A stretch of DNA of 64,000 bases from Candidatus Aldehydirespirator sp. (GTDB lineage Bacteria; Actinomycetota; Acidimicrobiia; Acidimicrobiales; Aldehydirespiratoraceae). Below, one piece after another: positions 55,671 to 64,000 of this stretch; positions within the stretch are counted from its first letter, which is position 1; every line of letters starts with the position of its first letter. The DNA lies in contig OZ241903.1 in the NCBI GenBank assembly GCA_965203635.1, positions 3,330,918-3,394,917 on the forward strand, read 5' to 3'. Made by a program: the position numbers and the translations under genes. Under the pieces are notes generated by a model. The model saw only the letters and a program-made list of their open reading frames with translations. It made no database searches and was not told the DNA's origin.

Positions 55671-55730
55671 GTTCATCAAGGCGGCGCAGTTGTTCATCGA
55701 GGCGACGCCATCGTTCTCCGGTCGTTGGTC
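55671..55730 (+). promoter_or_regulatory. PHO-box-like direct repeats (GTTCATC, GTTCATC, GTTCTCC, GTTGGTC) upstream of phoX
   Basis: Units start at 55671, 55692, 55713 and 55724 (spacings 21, 21 and 11 nt), 80-135 nt upstream of the proposed phoX start. Confidence 0.35.
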
Positions 55731-55806
55731 TCAAGCTGACCTCGGCGTTGCCTCTCGGTGCATACAGTACGCATGTTGCGGCTACGAGGAACGCCCCGGC
55801 CGCGAC

Positions 55807-57942
55807 ATGGCAACAGACACGAAAGAAGGAACCATGGTGGCTTCAAGATCGCAGCAGGTAGGCAGAAGGCTCTTCGCCGTGCTGCCCGGCAGGCAAGGCC
55901 CCGAGACCGATGCATACGGCGCGATCCCTCGCAAGTGCGAGTACAAGTGCGACGCGGCCTGCTTCCATGAGGCGCCCAACGAACGCCGCGCCACCGCGGA
56001 TGGTCGCGCCTTCGCGGATGTCGCGGAGCGGCGCCTGGCCCGCCGCACCCTGCTCAAGGGCGCGGCCGTGGCGCCGCCGCTGCTGCTCGCCACCGCCAGT
56101 CCCGCGGCAGCCTCTCTCATCGGAGGACCCCCAGACGGATCCCCGGAGGCCGCGGGAGGCGCCGGCGCCACGCTGCAGGCCGACAGCGGAACGGCCGCGA
56201 CGGCGAGCCCCGCTCCGACGGGCGCCTCGCTCGGGTTCACTCCCATCAGGCTGAGCGACGTCGACGACGTCATCGTGCCCGGCGGCTACGAGGCCAAGGT
56301 GCTGATGCGCTGGGGCGACCCGATTCGCTCAGGCGGCGAGCGTATGACCGCAGCCAACGTGTCTCGCTACAGGCAGGTGAAGACCTTCGGCTGGAACGCC
56401 GACCTGAACGCGTACTTCCCGCTGAGCGAGCACAGCTCGGGACGGGCCGCGAGCGGGCTGCTCTGCGTCAACCACGAGTACACCGAGGGCGACCGCATGT
56501 TCTCCGACTACGACGCGGCCAATCCCACCAAGGAACAGGTCGATGTGGAGATCGCCGCCCACGGCATGACCATCATCGCCCTCGAGAGCACGCCGGATGG
56601 CGAATGGTCGGTGGACCTGACAAGCGGGCACAACCGCCGTATCACCGGCTTCACGCCGATGGAGGTCACGGGACCGCTGGCCAGTCACGAACTGCTCGAG
56701 ACCTCCGGAGACTCGACGGGCCGACGCGTTCTGGGAATGCTCAACAACTGCGCCGGCGGCAAGACGCCCTGGGGCACGGTGCTCACCGCCGAGGAGAACT
56801 TCCATCTGTACTTCGCGAACAACGGCATGAACGCGGCCTCCCGCCTGAAGGAGATCAACGAGCGCTACGGCGTTCCCAACGGGGCGTCGCGCCGGAAGTG
56901 GGAGCGCCACCACCGCCGCTTCGACCTGTCCAAGGAGCCGAACGAGATCAACCGGTTCGGCTACATCGTGGAGATCGACCCCCACGATCGGTCGTCCGTG
57001 CCGAAGAAGCGCACCGCGCTGGGGCGCTTCAAGCACGAGGCCGCCACGACTGCGATAGCCGACAGCGGGCAGGTCGTGCTGTACTCGGGCGACGACGAGC
57101 GCTTCGACTACCTCTACAAGTTCGTGACCAGCGGTCTGTACAACCCCGACGACAGGCAGGCCAACCTCTCGCTGCTCGACTCCGGCACGCTGTACGTGGC
57201 GAGGTTCCACGACGACGGCACCGGCGAATGGCTCCCGCTGGTCGGCGGCGGAACGGGCCCGCTGGCGGACTGGACTCAGGCGGAGGTGCTGCTGAACACC
57301 CGGGGTGCGGCCGACCGGCTGGAGGCCACTCCCATGGACAGGCCGGAGGACGTGGAGGTCAACCCCCGCAACAACCGCGTCTACGTCTGCCTCACCAACA
57401 ACACGCGCCGGGCCCCGGGCGACGAGAACGCGGTGAACCCCCGGGCTCGGAACCGCTACGGCCACGTGCTCGAGATCACCGAGGACGGCGGCGACCTCGC
57501 GTCGGTGACCTTCACCTGGGAGTTCTTCCTGATCTGCGGGGAGCCCAGCGATCCGAGCACGTGGTTCGCCGGCTTCGACAAGTCGAGCGTGAGCCCGATC
57601 GCGTCGCCCGACAACCTGGCATTCGACGAGCGCGGCAACGTCTGGATCGCCACCGACGGCCAGCCCTCGACGCTGGCGCTAAACGACACGCTGTTCGCGG
57701 TCCCGTCGTCGGGTGCTCAACGGGGAAACGTCCAGCCGTTCCTGAGCGTTCCCAGGGGTGCCGAGGTGTGCGGTCCCGAGTTCACGCCGGACTTCGAGAC
57801 GCTGTTCGTGAACGTGCAGCACCCGGGAGAACACAGCGCCGGGCCCGAGAACCCTCAGAGTCTCTGGCCCGACGGAGTATGGCCGCCGCTGCCGAGCCTC
57901 GTGGTGGTCACCAAGACCGGGGGTGGCCGTATCGGCTCCTGA
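55807..57942 (+). CDS. phoX: PhoX-family (DUF839) Tat-exported alkaline phosphatase
   Basis: RRLARRTLLKGAAVAPPLLLATASPAAA Tat signal. VNHEYTEG, NNCAGGKTPWGTVLTAEEN, GYIVEIDP, RFKHEAA, PDNLAFDERGNVWIATDG. The start is uncertain (ATG 55807, ATG 55834, or the long-ORF GTG 55642). Confidence 0.85.
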   Translation: MATDTKEGTMVASRSQQVGRRLFAVLPGRQGPETDAYGAIPRKCEYKCDAACFHEAPNERRATADGRAFADVAERRLARRTLLKGAAVAPPLLLATASPAAASLIGGPPDGSPEAAGGAGATLQADSGTAATASPAPTGASLGFTPIRLSDVDDVIVPGGYEAKVLMRWGDPIRSGGERMTAANVSRYRQVKTFGWNADLNAYFPLSEHSSGRAASGLLCVNHEYTEGDRMFSDYDAANPTKEQVDVEIAAHGMTIIALESTPDGEWSVDLTSGHNRRITGFTPMEVTGPLASHELLETSGDSTGRRVLGMLNNCAGGKTPWGTVLTAEENFHLYFANNGMNAASRLKEINERYGVPNGASRRKWERHHRRFDLSKEPNEINRFGYIVEIDPHDRSSVPKKRTALGRFKHEAATTAIADSGQVVLYSGDDERFDYLYKFVTSGLYNPDDRQANLSLLDSGTLYVARFHDDGTGEWLPLVGGGTGPLADWTQAEVLLNTRGAADRLEATPMDRPEDVEVNPRNNRVYVCLTNNTRRAPGDENAVNPRARNRYGHVLEITEDGGDLASVTFTWEFFLICGEPSDPSTWFAGFDKSSVSPIASPDNLAFDERGNVWIATDGQPSTLALNDTLFAVPSSGAQRGNVQPFLSVPRGAEVCGPEFTPDFETLFVNVQHPGEHSAGPENPQSLWPDGVWPPLPSLVVVTKTGGGRIGS

Positions 57943-57957
57943 CAGGCCAGCCCCACA

Positions 57958-60459
57958 GTGGGCTGGCTCCGGTCGCGGGCGCCGGCCGTTCGCGAGCGCA
58001 AGAGTGGCTCGGCTTGCCCGGCGCAGCACAATGAGACCGTGCGCGAGCGCCCAGCCCTGATCGCTGCCATCGCAGTCCTGCTGTCGGTGCTGGCGGCGGG
58101 CTGCTCGTACGAGTTGCGCGATGTGACCTTCGATGTGGAGGAGCTCACCACCGCGCAGTCCTCACGGGTGTACGACCGCAACGGTGTGCTGATCACCGAG
58201 CTGCGGGGCGAGCAGCGCCGCACCGATGTGACCGACATAGCCCTCGTTCCCGAGGTGGTGCGCAACGCGGTGGTCGCCATCGAGGACGAGCGCTTCTACG
58301 AGCACGACGGAGCCGACCTCAAGGCGATCCTGCGGGCGGCCCGCAGCAACGTGGCCGCGGGCGGGATCAGCCAGGGCGGCTCCACCATCACCCAGCAGTA
58401 CGTCGGCAACGTGTTCCTCGACCGCTCCGAGACGACCCTGACCCGAAAGGTCGAGGAGTTCTTCATGGCCCGGCGCTTCGAGCAGTTCTTCACCAAGGAC
58501 TTCATCCTGCTGCGCTACCTGAACTGGGTGTACTTCGGCAACGGCGCCTACGGCATCGAGGCCGCGGCCCGGCAGTACTTCGGCGCCCCCGCCTGCGAGC
58601 TGGCCACGACCGCGGCCGAGCGCGGCAGCGAAGCGTGCCTGAAGGTGACCGAACTCACCCTGGAGCAGGCCGCGCTGCTGGCCGGACTGATCCAGCGCCC
58701 CAGCGCCTTCGATCCCTACCGCAACCCTCAGGACGCCAGGCGCCGCCGCAACCTGGTGCTGGAACGGATGCTGGTCAACGGCTTCATCACCAACGACGAG
58801 TACGACCGGGCCTACAACGAGCCGATCGTGCTGATCGAGGACATCCCGATCTTCGAGGAGCGCTACCCGGCTGCTCACTTCGTGGAGGACGTCAAGCAGT
58901 GGTTCCTAGACAACAGTGCCTTCGGTCCGACCCGCGAGTACCGCACCCAGCTGCTGTTCGAGGGCGGCCTGGACATCCACACGACGATCGATCTGGGCCT
59001 GCAAGCCAGGGCCGAGGCGACGGTGGAGGCGATACTGCCCGACAACGGCGTCAATCCCGATGCGGCCGCGACAGTGCTGGGGGTGGGCGGCGGCGAGGAC
59101 GGCCACATACTGGCCATGGTCGGCGGCCGTGACTTCTTCGGCGACGACACCGACGCCAAGTTCAACCTGGCCAGCGGCAAGGGCCGGCAGGCCGGGTCGG
59201 CCATGAAGCCCATCGCGCTGGCCACGGCCCTGACCCGCGGCTTCACGGTGACCAGTAGCTACGACGCCCCCGACGAGCTCGAGATCGACCGGCCCGACGT
59301 CTGCGGACCGGTCTGGACCATCAGGGGCGGGCTCGGCTCGGAGCCCGAGACGCCGGTGGAGGCCAACCTGATAGCAGCCACCCACCGCTCGATCAACACG
59401 GTCTACGCCCAGCTGATGGTGGACATCCGGCCGGCCAACTTCGTGACCATGGCCGAGCGGCTCGGCCTGGAAGCCAGCCGCATCGCACCGGTATGCGCCG
59501 GCGTGCTGGGCACCGAGGACGTCAACACCGTCGAGCTGGCCGCGATGTTCTCCACATTCGCCCGCTCGGGCCGGCGAACCGAGCCGGTGCTGGTGACCAG
59601 CATCATCAAGTCCGACGGAACCGCGCTGTACCGCCATGTCAGCGACGACGTGCCGGTGCTCGATTCCGCCGTCGCCAACCAGATCACCTGGGTGCTCCAG
59701 GGAGCCATCACCCAGGGCACCGGTCACCGGGCGGCCATCGACCGGCCGGCCGCCGGCAAGACGGGCACGGCCCAGAACTACGCCGACGCGACCTTCGCCG
59801 GCTACACACCCCAGCGAGCCGCCGCGGTGTGGGTCGGCTTCCCCGACGCCCAGATTCCGATGGTTCCCCCCACCACCGACATCAGGGTGTCGGGAGGCAC
59901 GTACCCGGCCCAGATCTGGCGCGAGATCATGATCGCGGCCCATGAGGGAATCCCCGCCGTCAACCTGCCCGCTCCGCCGGTCAGCGCGCCACCGCCCGCC
60001 ACCGCGCCACCGCCGCTCGACTCGGTCGAGATCCCCGACCTCGTGGGCCGGGCCTGGGACCCGGCTCAGATGGCGGCCGAGCTGGGGGAGCTGACCCTCG
60101 GGGTGGCCGCGGTCGACGTCGAGACCGACGAGTATGAGGAGGGAACGATCATCGGGCAGGCGCCCGCCGCGAGGTCCCTGCAGCGGGGCGGGATCACCGT
60201 GACGGTGGAGGTCGCGGTGGCTCCCGACCTGCCCACGTTCATCGAGATGCCCAGCGTGGTAGGCGTGAGCGAGGCCGAGGCCCGAGGGGTCCTGGCCGCG
60301 GCCGGGTTGGGCGTGGAGGTGTTCGTCGAACCGTTCTTCGACGAGGAGGCGGAACGGTTCGGCGGCGATCCCGGCGTCGTGTGGCAGCAGTCGCCGGCCG
60401 CCGGCACCATCGTCGAGTCGGGTAGCTCCGCCGAGATCTGGGTGAACACCGAGCGGTGA
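57958..60459 (+). CDS. Class A penicillin-binding protein (GT51 transglycosylase + transpeptidase) with two C-terminal PASTA domains
   Basis: AIEDERFYEHDG...GGSTITQQ (GT51); SAMKP, SINT, KTGT (transpeptidase); two PASTA-like segments in the last ~150 aa. An alternative start GTG at 58039 gives MRERPALIAAIAVLLSVLAAGC. Confidence 0.9.
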   Translation: MGWLRSRAPAVRERKSGSACPAQHNETVRERPALIAAIAVLLSVLAAGCSYELRDVTFDVEELTTAQSSRVYDRNGVLITELRGEQRRTDVTDIALVPEVVRNAVVAIEDERFYEHDGADLKAILRAARSNVAAGGISQGGSTITQQYVGNVFLDRSETTLTRKVEEFFMARRFEQFFTKDFILLRYLNWVYFGNGAYGIEAAARQYFGAPACELATTAAERGSEACLKVTELTLEQAALLAGLIQRPSAFDPYRNPQDARRRRNLVLERMLVNGFITNDEYDRAYNEPIVLIEDIPIFEERYPAAHFVEDVKQWFLDNSAFGPTREYRTQLLFEGGLDIHTTIDLGLQARAEATVEAILPDNGVNPDAAATVLGVGGGEDGHILAMVGGRDFFGDDTDAKFNLASGKGRQAGSAMKPIALATALTRGFTVTSSYDAPDELEIDRPDVCGPVWTIRGGLGSEPETPVEANLIAATHRSINTVYAQLMVDIRPANFVTMAERLGLEASRIAPVCAGVLGTEDVNTVELAAMFSTFARSGRRTEPVLVTSIIKSDGTALYRHVSDDVPVLDSAVANQITWVLQGAITQGTGHRAAIDRPAAGKTGTAQNYADATFAGYTPQRAAAVWVGFPDAQIPMVPPTTDIRVSGGTYPAQIWREIMIAAHEGIPAVNLPAPPVSAPPPATAPPPLDSVEIPDLVGRAWDPAQMAAELGELTLGVAAVDVETDEYEEGTIIGQAPAARSLQRGGITVTVEVAVAPDLPTFIEMPSVVGVSEAEARGVLAAAGLGVEVFVEPFFDEEAERFGGDPGVVWQQSPAAGTIVESGSSAEIWVNTER

Positions 60460-61073
60460 CCACCCAAGAGCCGATAGGGGCAGCACCGGGCGGCGCAAGC
60501 GGCGACGTGGGCGCGGGCCCGAGGCGGTGGTGGCGGCTGATGGGCCGGTGGCTGGCCGGGCTGTTCGTGGTCGGCAGCTTCGTGTTCTGGGCGTGGGCCT
60601 TCTCGCCCTGGGCCCGCACCGAGAACCCGGCCCGCCTCGATGACCGCGACTTCGCCCAGTGGGCCGACCAGCGCTGCGCCCAGGCCCAGACCGCCATCGC
60701 GGCGCTGCCCACGGCCCGCCAGGCAGCCTCACGGGCTGAACGTGCCGACCAGGTGGACCAGGCCACCGACGAGGTCGAATCGCTGGTGGACGACCTGCGC
60801 CTGCGGGCTGAGGCCTCGCTGGCGGAGTCGACCGAGGGCGACGGGCCACCGGACGCGGCGCTGGTCCGCGACTGGCTCGCCGACTGGGACGTCTACATCT
60901 CGGACCGCCGCAACCACTCGGACCGGCTCCGAACCGCCGACGAAGACACCCCCGACCGGGAGCTGCGCTTCCTGCTCGTCGACATGACCGAGGGCAGCAC
61001 CTACACCGAGCGGATGGACGGCTTCTCCCGCCTCAACGACATGGACAACTGCCAAGTCCCCGGCGACGTCTAG
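60456..61073 (+). CDS. Hypothetical membrane-anchored protein
   Basis: The GTG start overlaps the PBP stop (GTGA). One predicted TM (WLAGLFVVGSFVFWAWAF). No recognisable domain. Confidence 0.5.
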   Translation: MTTQEPIGAAPGGASGDVGAGPRRWWRLMGRWLAGLFVVGSFVFWAWAFSPWARTENPARLDDRDFAQWADQRCAQAQTAIAALPTARQAASRAERADQVDQATDEVESLVDDLRLRAEASLAESTEGDGPPDAALVRDWLADWDVYISDRRNHSDRLRTADEDTPDRELRFLLVDMTEGSTYTERMDGFSRLNDMDNCQVPGDV

Positions 61074-61669
61074 CCCACGCCGGAGTGGCGGGAGATGTCG
61101 GGTGTGCCCGCGACGTAGAAGCGCCAGGGCAGGTCGGCGCCGTTGGTCAGGCCGATCCTTGTTGTTGCTGCGGGAGAGGGCGGTGGCGGTTCTGCGTCGT
61201 CCACGATGGTGACGCCCCGGTCGGCGGTGACTAGGTCGGCGCCGTCGAGATCGCCGTCTATTCCGAGCGCCTGGGTGAGCTTGGCCGGGCCGCTGCACAA
61301 GTCGCGGTCACGGCGAGCAGCCGGGCCCCGGGCCTCGTACATGGCGTGGAGGCCCTCCAGCGGTGTGAGCGCCCGCAGCAGCACCGCCGCGGCCACCCCG
61401 TCGGTCTCGGCCACCACGTTGGCGCACCAGTGCATGCCGTAGGTGAAGTACACGTACAGATGACCGGGCGGACCGAACATGGTGGCGGTGCGCTTGGTCC
61501 GGCCCCGGAAGCCGTGGCTGCCGGGATCGTCGGCGCCCCGGTAGGCCTCCACTTCCACGATCCGTCCGACCCGGCCGTCCGGCGCCACCAGCACCTTGTT
61601 GAGCAGCTCAGTGGCGACCTCCAGCGCGTGCCGCGCGTAGAAGTGGCGGGGAAGGCGCTCCTGGCTCAC
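61070..61669 (-). CDS. mpg: DNA-3-methyladenine glycosylase (Mpg/AAG family)
   Basis: IVEVEAYRGADDPGSHGFRGRTKRTATMFGPPGHLYVYFTYGMHWC. The GTG at 61669 overlaps the argH stop (GTGA). Confidence 0.85.
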   Translation of the reverse strand: MSQERLPRHFYARHALEVATELLNKVLVAPDGRVGRIVEVEAYRGADDPGSHGFRGRTKRTATMFGPPGHLYVYFTYGMHWCANVVAETDGVAAAVLLRALTPLEGLHAMYEARGPAARRDRDLCSGPAKLTQALGIDGDLDGADLVTADRGVTIVDDAEPPPPSPAATTRIGLTNGADLPWRFYVAGTPDISRHSGVG

Positions 61670-63051
61670 CCCAAGCGGGCCGCGTCGGTCTCGATCCGTT
61701 CCCGGAAGCTCTCCAGCTGAGCAGCCACCGCCTCCGGGCCGCCCGCGCCGCGCGTGTTGCGCCGCGCCGCGGACGCCCCCGGCTCCAGCAGCGCGGCGGC
61801 CTCCGGGCCGAGCCGGTCGTCGGCGGCCGCCAGCCCGGCCAGCGATCCCCCGCCGGCCAGCGAGCGCCGCACCAGCTCGCCGACCGCGGCATGAGCCTCG
61901 CGGAACGGCGTCCCTTGCCCCACCAGCCACTCGGCCAGGTCGGTGGCCGAGGAGTAGGGCGACGACGCGGCCTCAGCCATCCGGTCGGTGTCGAAGCGGG
62001 CCGTCGACAGGAGCCCGTCCAGGGCGGCCAGCGTGAGCAGGGTCGTGTCGACCGCGTCGAACAGGGGCTCCTTGTCCTCCTGGAGGTCCTTGGCGTAGGC
62101 CAGGGGCAATCCCTTGAGGGTGGCCAGCAGACCGGTCAGGTGCCCGATGAGGCGGCCGGCCTTGGCCCGGGCCAACTCGGCCACGTCGGGATTCTTCTTC
62201 TGGGGCATCATCGACGAGCCGGTCGCGTAGGCGTCGTCGAGCTCGACGAATCCGAACTCCGACGACGACCACAGCACCAGCTCCTCGCCGACCCGGCTCA
62301 GGTGCACCCCGAGGACGGCCAACGCGTAGAGGGCGTCGACCACGAAGTCGCGGTCGGCCACCGCGTCGAGGCTGTTCTCGAAGACGGACGCGAATCCCAG
62401 CTCGGCCGCGGTCCGCTCGGGGTCCAGCGGCAGCGACGACCCGGCCAGCGCGCCCGCCCCCAGCGGGGAGACGTCGGCCCGGCGACGGGCCTCGGCCAGC
62501 CGCTCGGTGTCGCGGGCCAGCGCCCAGCCATGGGCCAGCAGATGGTGGGCCAACAGCACCGGCTGAGCCTGCTGAAGGTGGGTGTAGCCGGGCAGCAGAG
62601 CCTCGCCGGCATCGGTGGCCCGGCCCAGGAGCGTCCGCTGCAGCCCGAGCACTGCCCGGGCGACATCGTCCAGGGCGGAGAGGGTCCACAGCCGCAGGTC
62701 GGCGGCCACCTGGTCGTTGCGGCTGCGACCGGTGTGGAGCTTGGCCCCGGCCGGGGTGATCTCGGTGACCCGCCGCTCCACCGCAGTGTGAATGTCCTCG
62801 TCGCCGGGCGCGAAGACGAAGCGGCCCTCGGCCATCTCGGCCTCGACGGTGTCGAGCGCAGCACAGATGGCGTCACGCTCGTCGCCGGTGATCAGCCCGA
62901 CCGCGGCCAGCATCGTCGCATGGGCGCGCGACCCCGCGATGTCCTCGCAGAACATGCGCCGGTCGAAGGGCAGGCTGTCACCGACGGCCCGGAGCGCGTC
63001 GGCGGGGTCGCCGTCGAACCGTCCGTGCCACAGGGTCGCCGAATCGTCCAC
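61666..63051 (-). CDS. argH: Argininosuccinate lyase
   Basis: HTGRSRNDQVA and GSSMMPQKKNPD signatures. GTG at 63051, 2 nt after the argG stop. The upstream part of the 721-aa track ORF is a shadow of argG. Confidence 0.95.
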   Translation of the reverse strand: MDDSATLWHGRFDGDPADALRAVGDSLPFDRRMFCEDIAGSRAHATMLAAVGLITGDERDAICAALDTVEAEMAEGRFVFAPGDEDIHTAVERRVTEITPAGAKLHTGRSRNDQVAADLRLWTLSALDDVARAVLGLQRTLLGRATDAGEALLPGYTHLQQAQPVLLAHHLLAHGWALARDTERLAEARRRADVSPLGAGALAGSSLPLDPERTAAELGFASVFENSLDAVADRDFVVDALYALAVLGVHLSRVGEELVLWSSSEFGFVELDDAYATGSSMMPQKKNPDVAELARAKAGRLIGHLTGLLATLKGLPLAYAKDLQEDKEPLFDAVDTTLLTLAALDGLLSTARFDTDRMAEAASSPYSSATDLAEWLVGQGTPFREAHAAVGELVRRSLAGGGSLAGLAAADDRLGPEAAALLEPGASAARRNTRGAGGPEAVAAQLESFRERIETDAARLG

Positions 63052-63053
63052 GG

Positions 63054-64000
<947 letters not shown>

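Noticed and set aside
55607-55806. T-box leader upstream of tyrS.
   Set aside because: The tyrS 5' region (minus strand) lacks the conserved T-box sequence (AGGGTGGTACCGCG-like), and the intergenic space is short. No support.

Overview
This is a high-GC, actinobacterial-type chromosomal segment. G+C looks like roughly two-thirds by eye (not computed). My unaided reading of the 16S gene suggests Actinomycetota, possibly Acidimicrobiia; this needs a database search.

Layout:
- 1-7.7 kb: a rearranged peptide-type (Dpp/Opp-like) ABC transporter, interrupted by hydrolase and aminotransferase genes.
- 7.7-41.5 kb: a dense accessory carbohydrate island.
- 41.5-48.8 kb: korAB, a frameshifted class I aldolase, and an EctD-like dioxygenase overlapping a SAF-domain oxidoreductase.
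- 48.9-53.9 kb: one rrn operon (16S-23S-5S, minus strand).
- 54.3-64 kb: housekeeping genes (tyrS, phoX, class A PBP, mpg, argH, argG).

The island holds two CUT1-type sugar ABC importers without ATPase genes, L-rhamnose mutarotase and two L-rhamnonate-dehydratase-like enolases. It also holds an amidohydrolase-2 lactonase-like gene, a DapA-family aldolase, three SDRs and two Gfo/Idh/MocA dehydrogenases. Two leaderless (apparently cytoplasmic) S1 sulfatases, a CE4 deacetylase and a CE4-GH78 alpha-L-rhamnosidase fusion complete the set.

Main lead: the island reads as an uptake and cytoplasmic breakdown system for sulfated/acylated rhamnose-containing oligosaccharides, feeding a non-phosphorylative L-rhamnose pathway. 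It is decorated with five PhyH-family Fe(II)/2-oxoglutarate dioxygenase genes, with a sixth (EctD-like) about 4.5 kb beyond korAB. None of these is required by any described rhamnose or ulvan/rhamnan pathway.
- Two are tandem paralogues whose first iron-ligand motif reads H-G-G instead of H-x-D/E, the ligand pattern of 2OG halogenases.
- Two others flank a recently duplicated SDR.

Other sequence-level oddities:
- A 17-nt unit holding the korA stop / korB start junction is tandemly repeated four times, making a relay of three 6-codon mini-ORFs.
- A ~48-nt GC-rich intergenic repeat family is present (3 full copies and 1 partial).
- fbaB carries a 1-nt deletion.
- One SDR has its Rossmann motif upstream of any canonical start codon.
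- GTTCATC direct repeats resembling PHO boxes lie upstream of phoX.

No transposase, integrase, CRISPR array, tRNA or transcription-factor gene was recognised.
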